Below the pieces are notes generated by a model. It made no database searches, had not been told where the DNA came from, and worked only from the letters and a program-made list of their open reading frames with translations. Shown piece after piece: positions 17,568 through 27,880 of a DNA stretch of 55,904 bases. Origin of the DNA: an uncultured Gammaproteobacteria bacterium (lineage in GTDB: Bacteria > Patescibacteriota > Microgenomatia > UBA8517); the NCBI GenBank assembly GCA_964502815.1, contig CAZCXV010000004.1, forward strand, positions 18,150 to 74,053. Direction: 5' to 3'. Made by a program: the position numbers and the translations under genes. How positions within the stretch are numbered: the first letter of the stretch is position 1; each line of letters opens with the position of its first letter.

Positions 17568-18995
17568 ATGAAAATATATAATTCACTTACTAGAAAAGTT
17601 GAAGACTTTAAGCCAATCCATCCATCAGAAATTGGCATGTATACCTGCGGACCTACAGTGTATGACTATGCCACTATTGGTAACTTTAGAACTTACAGTA
17701 CTGGAGATCTTTTGTTGCGAGTTCTTAAATATAACGGTTTCCAAATTAAGTATGTAATGAATTTTACAGATGTGGGGCACCTTACAGGGGATAATCAGGG
17801 AGATGCAGACACAGGGGAAGACAGACTTGAAAAAGCTGCAAAGAGAGAAAAAAAGACTGCTTGGGATGTAGCAGCTTTTTACACAGAAGAATATATAAAA
17901 GATTATGCCAAGCTTAATTTGACAAAGCCTGATGTATGGGCAAAAGCAACTGATCATATTCCCGAACAAATTAAGTTAGTACAAGAATTAGAAGAAAAAG
18001 GATTGACTTACAAAACTTCAGACGGTATTTATTTTGATACAGTTTTTTTTGAAGAAAAAACCGGTAAGACATATGGGGAACTTTCTACTCTTGATCAAAT
18101 AAAAGAGGGAGCGCGGGTTGAGCCAAATCTGGAAAAGAAAAACCCCAGAGACTTTGCTCTTTGGAAGTTTAGCCCTCAAGGAGAAAAAAGAGATATGGAA
18201 TGGGAGAGTCCGTGGGGAATAGGTTTTCCCGGTTGGCATATTGAATGTTCTGCTATGGGAATGAAATATTTAGGTGAAACTTTCGACATTCATTTAGGGG
18301 GAGAAGATTTAAGGTCAACCCATCATCCAAATGAAATTGCTCAATCTGAAGGAGCAACGGGTAAGAAATTTGTAAATTACTGGGTGCATGGAGCATTTTT
18401 GAAAATTGATGGTGGAAGAATGGGTAAGAGCTTGGGAAATGCCTACAATGTCACCTATATTCAAAATAAAGGCTTTGATCCATTAGCACTTAGGTATTTC
18501 TATTTGACAGGAAAGTATAGAGAACCATTAAACTTTACTTTTGAAGCTTTGACTGGATCTCAGCAGGCTTTAAACAACCTAAGAGAGCAGGTAAGGGCTT
18601 TAAGAAAGCAAGACAAACAAAGGACTGTGCTTTCAGAAGAAAAAAGAGCTCAAACAGAGAAATTCAGGCAAGAATTTTTAGAAGCCATTAATAATGATCT
18701 TAATTTTCCTCAAGCAATGGCTGTAGTTTGGTCAATGCTTAAAAGTAACATCCCTTCTGAAGACAAATATGATCTTCTTTTAAGTTTTGATGAAGTCTTG
18801 GGACTAGATTTAAGAAATGTGGCTGAAATTTCTTTTGGGATTCCAGAAGAAATAAAAACTCTAGTTACCAAAAGAGAAGAGTTAAGGAAAGAAAACAAAT
18901 TTGAAGAAGCAGACCAGGTAAGGAAGGAAATAGAAAACAAAGGATTTGAAATTAAGGATATGGGCGAAAAATCAATAATAACTAAGTCTTATTGA
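17568..18995 (+). CDS. cysS: cysteinyl-tRNA synthetase
   Basis: CGPTVYDYATIGNFR (HIGH region), WHIECS and GGRMGKSLGN (KMSKS region). Starts 2 nt after the PIG-L stop. Confidence 0.9.
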   Translation: MKIYNSLTRKVEDFKPIHPSEIGMYTCGPTVYDYATIGNFRTYSTGDLLLRVLKYNGFQIKYVMNFTDVGHLTGDNQGDADTGEDRLEKAAKREKKTAWDVAAFYTEEYIKDYAKLNLTKPDVWAKATDHIPEQIKLVQELEEKGLTYKTSDGIYFDTVFFEEKTGKTYGELSTLDQIKEGARVEPNLEKKNPRDFALWKFSPQGEKRDMEWESPWGIGFPGWHIECSAMGMKYLGETFDIHLGGEDLRSTHHPNEIAQSEGATGKKFVNYWVHGAFLKIDGGRMGKSLGNAYNVTYIQNKGFDPLALRYFYLTGKYREPLNFTFEALTGSQQALNNLREQVRALRKQDKQRTVLSEEKRAQTEKFRQEFLEAINNDLNFPQAMAVVWSMLKSNIPSEDKYDLLLSFDEVLGLDLRNVAEISFGIPEEIKTLVTKREELRKENKFEEADQVRKEIENKGFEIKDMGEKSIITKSY

Positions 18996-19030
18996 CAAAT
19001 AGTAGTTATTGCGATATACTGGTATTTGCA

Positions 19031-19264
19031 ATGGATTATACAACAATTACTCCTAAGTTCCAGGTTCATATTCCAGTTGAGATCAGAAAGAAAGCTGGCT
19101 TGATCAGGCATGGAAAAGCGAAGATAAGAGCTGAAAAATCAAAAATCATAATTGAACTTATAGATAGCAAAGACAATATTATGGCTTTGGCGGGAAGTCT
19201 TAAGATGAAAAGTCCTGTTCCTGTTGAAAAAATAAGAGATTATATTGATTATTCAAATATTTAA
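19031..19264 (+). CDS. vapB: AbrB/SpoVT-domain antitoxin (VapB-like)
   Basis: ITPKFQVHIPVEIRKKAGL swapped-hairpin motif, small size, and a stop that overlaps the start of the PIN gene. Confidence 0.65.
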   Translation: MDYTTITPKFQVHIPVEIRKKAGLIRHGKAKIRAEKSKIIIELIDSKDNIMALAGSLKMKSPVPVEKIRDYIDYSNI

Positions 19265-19677
19265 TGAGAGTTTTTCTAGACACCAATGTTTTCTTGAGAT
19301 TTTTCCTTGCGGAGGAGGATAAACATCAAGAGTGTGTTGAGCTTCTAACTAGAGTAGAAGAAGGATTGCTTGCTCCTTACACTTCTAATATTGTTTTAGG
19401 AGAGATAATTTATACTCTTTTGAAGTATTACAAACAGACAAAACAGCAAACGATTGAAAAAATAGATGGAATATTAAAAATACGCAATCTTACTGTTATT
19501 GAAAAGACTGACACTGGGAAATCTTTGGAAATTTTCAAAAAATTAAATATCAAGTTTGGTGATTGTCTGATTGCAACCCAGATCCCTAAAAATATAACCT
19601 TAGTAAGTTACGATGAAGATTTCAAGAAGATAAAAAATCTTTTGCTTGCTACTCCAGACAAATTAGTAAATAATTAG
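19264..19677 (+). CDS. vapC: PIN-domain ribonuclease toxin (VapC-like)
   Basis: VFLDTNVFLRF N-terminal acidic motif and later E and D (GDCLIA) residues. Paired with the antitoxin. Confidence 0.75.
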   Translation: MRVFLDTNVFLRFFLAEEDKHQECVELLTRVEEGLLAPYTSNIVLGEIIYTLLKYYKQTKQQTIEKIDGILKIRNLTVIEKTDTGKSLEIFKKLNIKFGDCLIATQIPKNITLVSYDEDFKKIKNLLLATPDKLVNN

Positions 19678-19684
19678 CTTACTA

Positions 19685-20311
19685 ATGAACTTTTTGCAAA
19701 AGATTGATCCCTTTATTCATATCTTTTTTCTCGTTCTAATATTAGGTCTTTTTGTCTATGTTTTTAGAGTTGATAAGCAAATTAAAGATTTATATAAAAG
19801 GGAGCCGATAAATACAGAAACCATTAGAGAAATTAAAACCGTTGAAAAGGTAAAGGAAGTAATTTCAACTCCTTCAGCCAGTCCGCAAACAGTGATTCAA
19901 AAGGAAACGGTTATTGTTAATCAGCCAGCTATCAGGGTAGGCAACAGAACTTCATATATCCCTATGGGTTCTATTACAACTGCAATCAGTACTAGTTGGA
20001 GTGATGTTAAAGATTCAGAAAGTTATATAGATTTGAAAAACGACTTTTCACAAACTGCCTATGTTACTTTTGAAGCCAGCTTGAAAGTTGCAGACGGAAA
20101 TGGCCAAGCCTTTGCAAGATTATTTGATGCTACCCATGGGATTGCAGTTGACGGAAGTGAAATCTCAACTACCAATAATGCTGATTTTAAATTTGTGGGG
20201 ACTAACAAGTTAAACCTTTGGAATGGCAAAAATCTTTACAAAGTCCAATTAAAATCCTTAAACGGTTTTGTAATTACCTACAGTGGGGGAAAGATCAAGA
20301 TAGTCTACTAG
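19685..20311 (+). CDS. membrane-anchored hypothetical protein (208 aa)
   Basis: Single N-terminal TM helix followed by a likely beta-rich extracytoplasmic domain. Confidence 0.45.
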   Translation: MNFLQKIDPFIHIFFLVLILGLFVYVFRVDKQIKDLYKREPINTETIREIKTVEKVKEVISTPSASPQTVIQKETVIVNQPAIRVGNRTSYIPMGSITTAISTSWSDVKDSESYIDLKNDFSQTAYVTFEASLKVADGNGQAFARLFDATHGIAVDGSEISTTNNADFKFVGTNKLNLWNGKNLYKVQLKSLNGFVITYSGGKIKIVY

Positions 20312-20320
20312 TGAAACTAT

Positions 20321-21760
20321 TTAGTGGCTATTTTCACTGTAGTATTGTTGCTTTAGGGCTTGAAGTAATTTCTTTCTCTTTCTGTTATCTGTGATTGACC
20401 TCATGTTTGTTTTTAGATAATAGACAATAATGGCGTCTAATTCAGAGTAAGTCTTTTTTCCAAAGTGTCTTAATACATGTCCAGTATCTTCTGAGAAATG
20501 TCTCATAGAAGCATCATCAGTTAGTTTGTCTAAAGTTCGGCCAGTAATAGGATATTCAATGTTCAAGTGATCTAATGTTGCTATTTCGTTGAAATGTCTC
20601 TTTGCATCAAGAATAATTCCCTTGGCTGTGTTTCTTAGTATGTCTTCATGTTCAGCGACTATTGGTTTGTTATCTGGATCACATAAAGGATTTTTGTCAG
20701 AAACCCAACTACTGGATAATCCTTTCAGGATATCTGCTATTGATCTTTCGAAATCATACTCTAACTTTCTCATTTTTCTTGCAACTTGTTCGAAATTGGA
20801 CGGGGGGAGAAAATTTCCACAAACATATCTATGAATCAAACTGATAATCCGGGTTGCCGGTCTAAAAGTTTTCGGATCACCTGCATCTAATAGCTGATTT
20901 AACTCTTCAATTGTCATACCCACTATTTGGTCGATAACACTCATATAGTCCTCTTCAGATGAAAGATGTATTTGTCTTCCTGTTATTTCACCCCAATTCC
21001 CGGCTAATGTCTTGATTGTCTTTTGGTAGGTTTCGACAAGGTTGTGTTCCTCCATAAGTTTGGGGTTTTGAAAGATTTCCTCCCAGCCATCAAACATATG
21101 ATGAGATTTTTCTATCGGCTTCTCTGGTGGAAAAATAATTTGAGTTCCACCTGTTTTGTGATATCTGGTAGAAATTTCTGCTTTTAAAGCCCAAAATTTC
21201 GCACCCTCTTTTTTCTTTTCGGAATTAATTTCTATACTTTTTCTCCTTAGATCGTTTTCAAGGCTAGTATAATAAGCAGAAAGGGTTTGAATCTCAGATT
21301 CGATGACTGGGTCTTTTGGATCAAGCCTTTTTTTCACCCAGATTTGGTCAAAGTATTGGCTTGTTTCCGCTTTTTGATCATCGCATTTGGCAGCTTCCTG
21401 TTCCATTTCACTGTCGAGATGCAGTCTGTAATCACTTTCAGCCCTTTTAATCGCCATATATAGAAGGTGTTCTAGAGATGTTGTATCTCGTTCAACTGGA
21501 TTCTCCATTTCGTCACTCGGGGTTTCACTAAATAAATCTTCTATTGATGTGTACAAGGTTATTTTCCCAAACGAATAGTAATGGTCTGTGATTAGTTCAG
21601 CAATCTTTGAGAATTTATCTATAGTTTCCATATTATGGTCTCCAAGGTTGTCGTATATTTCAATAACCTTTCGCAATAGAGCTGGAGCCAGCTGATCTAG
21701 ACTTGTATTTTTGTATAGTTCAAGCCCTTTTTCTGAGAGTAATACTGATTCTGTTGTCAT
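20321..21760 (-). CDS. hypothetical protein (479 aa), orphan
   Basis: Long uninterrupted ORF with no motif I recognise. Confidence 0.5.
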   Translation of the reverse strand: MTTESVLLSEKGLELYKNTSLDQLAPALLRKVIEIYDNLGDHNMETIDKFSKIAELITDHYYSFGKITLYTSIEDLFSETPSDEMENPVERDTTSLEHLLYMAIKRAESDYRLHLDSEMEQEAAKCDDQKAETSQYFDQIWVKKRLDPKDPVIESEIQTLSAYYTSLENDLRRKSIEINSEKKKEGAKFWALKAEISTRYHKTGGTQIIFPPEKPIEKSHHMFDGWEEIFQNPKLMEEHNLVETYQKTIKTLAGNWGEITGRQIHLSSEEDYMSVIDQIVGMTIEELNQLLDAGDPKTFRPATRIISLIHRYVCGNFLPPSNFEQVARKMRKLEYDFERSIADILKGLSSSWVSDKNPLCDPDNKPIVAEHEDILRNTAKGIILDAKRHFNEIATLDHLNIEYPITGRTLDKLTDDASMRHFSEDTGHVLRHFGKKTYSELDAIIVYYLKTNMRSITDNRKRKKLLQALKQQYYSENSH

Positions 21761-21920
21761 GATGTTTGGTCTAAAATAAAAAGAGAAAGAAGAAGTTTAT
21801 TAAATACTCCCACCGGTATAGGTATCGTAAATGTCACGAAGATTGGCAAGAGAGGCTCCTCGTATAGAGTCTGAAACTTCTATATGATTATATTTTCTAG
21901 CAATTAAGGCCGTTACTATA

Positions 21921-22982
21921 TCAAGCTCTGTATAATGGGCGATACCGTTTTGGATCACGCTTGGTTTTGCTACACCAGAGATTGTTCCAAATACAGTTTT
22001 TTAATTCGGTTTCGGTTAATGGCCATATCAGGTCTGGAAATTCCGACTTGTATATATTTTCGATCAGAAACTCTACAGCCCATTGTACTTCTCTATGGAG
22101 CTCAATTTTGTTTTTAGGAAAACCGGTAGTGGGTACTTCAATTTTGTTTTCCAAGTCGGTGCTTAATATTGTTGCAGAAAGTTCCTCTGGTCCCTCATAT
22201 TGAGTAAACCTGTAGAGCACATCTCTTAGAAATTGATTTGGAGTCATAATAGAAAAATTTGGGTCGTTGATAATGGTCATATAAAAATCTCGCCAAACTT
22301 TGCCACGACCTTTTGCATTGTCATACAGAACTTGAGCGACATGCCCCATGTCTGCGCCGTTTACTGCTTTAATTTTGTCTTTTAGTCTTGTTCTTGCAGT
22401 AATTGCTATATTGGATATTTCATCAACTGTTTGACTAGTTTCGTTCACAGTCTGTGCTAACTCTTTAAAACTACCGTATGTAAAAATGATTTGACCTTCA
22501 TCGTCTACAGTATATGAAATGAGTTCAGTAATAAGATGCAGACTCGTACTTTTTTCTGCTGTTTGGCCACCCTCTACGGTTTCTAGGCTTTTTTGAGGTA
22601 TTGTTTCTTCGAGAGGTTCTGTTTCTTGTGAAGATACTAATCTGTCAATAAACCAAGACATTGGAATATCTATGTTGTCTGGGTCTAAGCCCAATTCTCG
22701 AAGATCTTGGTTTATTTGGTCTTTAGCTTTTGCAAAAACATCTTTAACATCATTTAATAATTGTTGATCTTTTGGAGTAAGCTGTCCTAAGTGTTGTTTG
22801 TAAAATAAACTTTTCCAGGCAAGCTGTTGGGCGAGCTCTGCTTGGCCTTCATCATGTGCTTGCCAAGCTTGTTGTTCCAATAATGTAACACTCTCTGGTG
22901 TAATAAAGTTTTTACCAAGGCTTTTAACCTCAATGACACCCGCTTCAGTTAGGTTTATAAATTCTTCAGGACGAGGACTCAT
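21921..22982 (-). CDS. hypothetical protein (353 aa), orphan
   Basis: Long ORF on the same strand as 20321-21760 with no motif I recognise. Confidence 0.5.
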   Translation of the reverse strand: MSPRPEEFINLTEAGVIEVKSLGKNFITPESVTLLEQQAWQAHDEGQAELAQQLAWKSLFYKQHLGQLTPKDQQLLNDVKDVFAKAKDQINQDLRELGLDPDNIDIPMSWFIDRLVSSQETEPLEETIPQKSLETVEGGQTAEKSTSLHLITELISYTVDDEGQIIFTYGSFKELAQTVNETSQTVDEISNIAITARTRLKDKIKAVNGADMGHVAQVLYDNAKGRGKVWRDFYMTIINDPNFSIMTPNQFLRDVLYRFTQYEGPEELSATILSTDLENKIEVPTTGFPKNKIELHREVQWAVEFLIENIYKSEFPDLIWPLTETELKNCIWNNLWCSKTKRDPKRYRPLYRA

Positions 22983-23080
22983 AGTTTTTTGTTTTGTGAT
23001 GGATTTATATCACGTCTTTTTATAATTGTCAATAAAAACTTGCTACCAATAATTAATTGATATATGATACGCTCACTTTA

Positions 23081-23971
23081 ATGACTGCAGATAGGAACAA
23101 TAGTAACGAATTAGCACTCCCTGTTGGTGTAACCCAAAGAGAGGTTAAACTTCATGCTGGACAATTTGCAAGAGCAACAAAACGTGCGGGTGACGTGAGT
23201 TTTTTAAATCTATATTTAGACCTGAGAAATTGTATCGACGATGAACAAAGAAAAAGTATTTTTGCACTAGCACTCAATGCATTAGATGTTGAACTTACAA
23301 GAGGTGAAATAACTTTTGAAGCATTTCATGGTAGAATCAACGAACTTGTAGGGCTTGACGATTCTCCGTATGAAAACGGTATGGCCAGAGGTTATGAATT
23401 AATTAAAGATGTGATAGTCAAACTAGCAGAGATGGATAGCGAAGTTGTGCCTGATGGAGAAGAACTAGCGCTTTTTGATGAAGGTTTGGAAGTTGACCAA
23501 GAAAAAATGACTCCATATGGTCTTGCAATTAGACTTTGTCGTAACATCTCCACGGAAGCAATGGTGAAAAATCTCGATATGTTAGATTTAAAACTCGGGC
23601 TTGTGACTCCTAGAAGGGTTGCGGAGTATTTAGGTAGATATATCTGGGATGTTTTTAACTATTACAAAGAAGTCCACAATAAAAATGGAAATTCTAGTTA
23701 TCTTTATGTCGAAGGTGTTGAGAAAGCAAGGGACATTTTAAACAGAATCATTGAAATTGAAGACGAGGGAGAGAATGGTTTTGTGGGTGAGGTTTTGGCA
23801 GAGTTAAAGAAAAGAGGAAACTTTTCAGATAGAAGTGAAATAGATGTTTCTTTTTTTCAAAATGCAATTCAGCTTATGGCAGACAATGGTTGTGATTCTG
23901 CAGAACAATTGCTTTCTTCTGGCTGGTTAGATAGATATAGAATACATCATTTAGATGATGGGGAGGATTAA
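23081..23971 (+). CDS. hypothetical protein (about 296 aa), orphan
   Basis: The track ORF starts at TTG 23057. I prefer the ATG at 23081, preceded by TTGCTA-N17-TATGAT. A GGGAGG motif precedes its stop, which abuts the next ATG. Confidence 0.5.
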   Translation: MTADRNNSNELALPVGVTQREVKLHAGQFARATKRAGDVSFLNLYLDLRNCIDDEQRKSIFALALNALDVELTRGEITFEAFHGRINELVGLDDSPYENGMARGYELIKDVIVKLAEMDSEVVPDGEELALFDEGLEVDQEKMTPYGLAIRLCRNISTEAMVKNLDMLDLKLGLVTPRRVAEYLGRYIWDVFNYYKEVHNKNGNSSYLYVEGVEKARDILNRIIEIEDEGENGFVGEVLAELKKRGNFSDRSEIDVSFFQNAIQLMADNGCDSAEQLLSSGWLDRYRIHHLDDGED

Positions 23972-24058
23972 ATGTCTGAACGGCAAAATCATAAGTTGCT
24001 GGCAATTGCCAAGATAGAAGAGCAATATCGAAACGAAGGTCTTCAGTTTCCTATATAG
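23972..24058 (+). pseudogene. 5' fragment (28 codons, MSERQNHKLLAIAKIEEQYRNEGLQFPI) of a large orphan gene interrupted by an IS element
   Basis: The ATG directly abuts the upstream stop and has a GGGAGG Shine-Dalgarno. The frame is closed by the TAG formed by the first bases of the IS. Confidence 0.6.
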
Positions 24059-25145
24059 CAACCTCAAAACAAAATGACAGTTTTGATATAGTTAATTAGT
24101 GTATTTAATTAGCCTCACTGCCCAGGAGTCTGAAATTCTTTCTGACTATGTAAAGTCTTGTCCCATTGAAACCATTCGCCTTCGTGCACATGCTCTTTTG
24201 ATGAGAAATAGAAGTTTGTCTTTGGAAGACATTTCTCCTCTTGTTTTTAGATCTCAAAGAACTGTAACCCGTTGGCTTGAAGAGTTTTCTGAAAAAAGAT
24301 TAGCTTCAATTTTCTCAGGCCATATTGATAATCAAAATGCTTCCAAATTAACCAGAGATCAAAAAAGACAAATAAAAGAAGTTTTGTCTACTCCACCCAA
24401 TAAATATGGAATACCTAAAGAATTTTGGTCTGTCTCAAAACTCAAAGACTACATTAAAGCTACGTTTGGTGTAGTGTATGAAAGTGATATTAGCTACCAC
24501 TTTTTACTTCAATTTTCTGGACTTTCTTTCAAATACCCAGATAAAACTAGTCCAAGACGTGATGAAGAATTAATTGCAAAAAGAATTCAGGAAATAAAAG
24601 AAGAGGTGGAACCTCTTCTTTCTGATCCTTCTTGGATTGTTTTAGCTTCAGATGAAGTTAGAGTTCAATTGGAATCTGAAATTAGAAGAGCTTGGCTGGT
24701 TAGAAATAAAAAGACCAGGATCCAAACTGAAAGAAGTAAAGAACATCAAAACTACCTTGGGTTTTTGGATCAGAAAACTGGAAACTGCCAAGTATTCCAA
24801 ATTAAAAGAGGAAATGGCACTGAAACTATTAGAGTTTTGAAACAGGTTGTAAAACAATATCAAGGTAAAAAAGTTTGTGTTGTATGGGACAATGCCAAAT
24901 GGCATAAAGGAAAACTTCTCAAATATGAGTTGGCAACAACCAAAAAACTACAAAATTTACACCTAATTAGTTTTCCTCCATATGCTCCTGAAACTAACCC
25001 AATTGAGCATGTTTGGAAATATGCAAAAGACAAAATAGCAAATAAAGACTCAGAAAACTTTGACCTGATAAAACAAAAATTTCTTGATACAATAAACAAT
25101 AGATATTTCAATTACAAAATCTGACATTTTGTTTTGAGGTGACTA
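24056..25145 (+). mobile_element. IS630/Tc1-mariner-family insertion sequence (1090 bp) with 25-bp terminal inverted repeats and a TA target duplication
   Basis: IRL tagcaacctcaaaacaaaatgacag (24056-80) matches the reverse complement of IRR (25121-45), tagtcacctcaaaacaaaatgtcag, at 22/25 positions. TA lies at 24054-55 and 25146-47. Confidence 0.85.
24099..25124 (+). CDS. IS630-family DDE transposase
   Basis: N-terminal HTH region, VWDNAKWHK and PPYAPETNPIEHVWKYAK motifs typical of the IS630/mariner DD(E/D) catalytic core. The stop lies inside IRR. Confidence 0.85.
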   Translation: MYLISLTAQESEILSDYVKSCPIETIRLRAHALLMRNRSLSLEDISPLVFRSQRTVTRWLEEFSEKRLASIFSGHIDNQNASKLTRDQKRQIKEVLSTPPNKYGIPKEFWSVSKLKDYIKATFGVVYESDISYHFLLQFSGLSFKYPDKTSPRRDEELIAKRIQEIKEEVEPLLSDPSWIVLASDEVRVQLESEIRRAWLVRNKKTRIQTERSKEHQNYLGFLDQKTGNCQVFQIKRGNGTETIRVLKQVVKQYQGKKVCVVWDNAKWHKGKLLKYELATTKKLQNLHLISFPPYAPETNPIEHVWKYAKDKIANKDSENFDLIKQKFLDTINNRYFNYKI

Positions 25146-27829
25146 TAAATCTGCCAAATATAATATTGAGAAGAGCCATTAAATATGCGGACGAGCATGG
25201 TTTGCGAATAATAACTCCTAGACCGCCAAGAATAAAAGGAAACATAAGGTCTTTTGAAATCATCAAGGAAGAAAATGACCAAGAAGGGGTAGAAAAGGTT
25301 ATCTTTACAGCTTTGTATGAAGGTTGTGATGGCCAACTTCCGAGAAATGATTCTGGAATTAGCAAAGCCATTACAAAGGGATTGGAAAAAAGAGAAAACT
25401 TTTTTAACGAATCGTTTCCTATTGTAAAGAAACTCAAAAAGCCGACTAATTTGGCTAGCAAGGACACAAATTTACCATTTGTTTCTTATAGTATTATTGT
25501 TTGTGACGATTTGGGTTATGCTAGGCAGACTTTAGATCGGGCTGAGATTGAGTATGAAAATAGGTATCACCTGGCTTCGTTGCCAAACCTTAAATATTTA
25601 CACGAGTCATACGAAGGTCGACTTAATCTCGTTAAAGCTTTATGTGGATCATTAACTCATAAAGTAGGATTTGTGACTGAAATTGGAAACGTAAAGGAAC
25701 AGGCGGTGATTATCAGAGGGTATTTGGCAGCCATAGCTTTGGAGGCCTTTGGCGAAGAAAATAAAACCTATGATCCTTTCTTTTTTGATTTCCAAGACCT
25801 GACGGAATTAGCAGTCGTTGGTCAACTAATTCGTGAAGACAAGAGTAAATTTAATCAAATCATAGATACTGCAATGGTCAGATTTGGAGAGGTTGGAGAA
25901 CTTGAAAGTGAAATAAAGTCCATTTTTGAAAACTATTTAAACTTTATAGTTTTACAGACGGCCAGATGGAATGGTTCGTCTAAGAGTTCGCTACTGTCAA
26001 TAGAAAACCCTCAATATTGGACCAATTTGCAAAACTTTTTTGAAGGTTTACCTGTTGATGCGAAGAGCGCAAGTCAAAAGTATGGTTTCACTCCAGAAAG
26101 TGCTCTGGAAGCACACAGAGACAAAATGCCACATTTGTGGCGCAATGCGGACAATATTCAAAGTTATTTGATCCCTTCGGGCAGGGATCTAGCCAGAGCA
26201 ATATTACTTCTACATCGAGAAGGAGCTCCTTTGGCATATTCCACCTTTCTACCTATGTTAAATGGTGCGATTAGAGCAAGGCAACACTTCGACGAAGTTA
26301 CGTTTCGGTATCCCAACCAAATTACACAATTAGAAAAGGAATTAATGGAAATAGATCAGGCAATGTTGGTTGATCAATTAACGTCAAGCGAAGCTCAAGA
26401 ATTCATTAATTCCTATGAACTGAGGTCTAAAATATTGACAAGAACCAGTCAAGAGTATGAGCAGGCTCTGAACTACGAACAAAGAGTTATTTTAAAATTA
26501 AATCTTCCTTTGAAAGAGGATAGAATATCGGTTTTACACGAATACATCGTTATGATCTCAAATGAACTAGAAGATAGGCAGCGAGAACTAATAAACACAA
26601 AAGACCGAACAGTTACTAAATTAAAACAGCCATCTTGGTTAGATTTTGACAGATTTACTGTTTCGAAAGCACATCCTAATGGTAGTTTAGAAGTGATAGA
26701 CCCAACGGACACAGTGGTTATAGATTCCAAATTGATCAGAATATCCAGAATAAGAGCTGAGTATAAAATAGCTAGAGCGAAATACCTTACTCAAATCCGT
26801 CGGAGTTCTGAATCTAATTTAGATGGAACAAAAAGTATAAATTCAGATTTAGAGTCGCAAGTGGTAGTAGACATGCTCCCGGCACAATATCTAGAAGATC
26901 CTGAAAAATTAATCAGTTTTTTAAACTGGTGGAAAGGTAAATCCGAAAATGCTAATGAGGTTGGGAAACTACGGAGAGTAATAACAATAATATCCAATAG
27001 ATCTCCGAACCCGCAACAACGAAAGTATGTCAAGAATGTCTTTTTTACTGATTTAAAATTGCTAGAAAAAAATAACAGGCGCTTAAAATTTGTATTGCAA
27101 GAGGAAAGAGAAGTTTCAGAACTGAGAATACAAGTAGCTTCTTGTCTTAGTACTGACTATATTAAAGGGGAAAATGAATTCAGAGCCAAAGCCAGAGAGA
27201 TTCTTGCTTTAAATGATGGAAATACACTAGTTGGTGAATTAAGACTATCAATACTGCCAAAGGCAATTAAGGATGATTTATTAAACCAAGTAAATATCTC
27301 TGAGTATGGGGCGCAGTTAAATCAGGCTGAAAATCTATTAAGAGAGTATAGGAGTATTTTTTCAAGAAAAATAGTTAAGTTGGAAGTTTCTGATTCACTT
27401 CAAATTAAAGAGGAAATAGATAGCTATTTAGGAAGAGTAGAGTCTGAACCTCTTTATCTTGGAGCCAGTCACAGTAGAGCAATTTCATTTTTAAATAATC
27501 TTTCTCAGATGGCAGATAACCCCTTCTGGCCGGTGGTGCAAGATAGACCTCTTTCTAGACTAATGGCATATTTAAAAAGTAGAGTTCAAATTGCAAAAGC
27601 CCATTTGTATAAAGTCGAAGTTGACAGTCAGCTTTCTGAGCTGAAAAACCAACATAAATACTATGAATCACTCAAGGTGCAAGAAAAACTAAAAGTAAGA
27701 AGTGTTAGGCTTCAAAGTATTCATAAGTATAAAAGATTTGAATATGATCATGCTCAGGATTTACTTCTTAAAAAAATGCGAGAATTAGGACTTGCTTTAC
27801 CGGCTAATTATTTCTCAGAAGGAGAATAA
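25139..27829 (+). pseudogene. 3' portion (about 893 codons) of the IS-interrupted large orphan gene
   Basis: The only canonical start for this ORF (GTG 25139) lies inside the IS end. The frame is continuous with 23972-24055 once the IS and one TA are removed. Confidence 0.6.
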
Positions 27830-27880
27830 AATTGAACCTATACACTTGTCAATGTTTTGTTCAGAGGGTAACATGAATGT

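Noticed and set aside
24052-25147. Alternative IS boundaries: element starting at gcaacc and ending at gtgac with a TA duplication, or a TATA duplication
   Set aside because: Both alternatives give shorter inverted repeats. On in-silico excision they produce either a frameshift or an immediate TAA. The boundaries 24056-25145 extend the inverted repeats by two matching bases and restore a single ORF.
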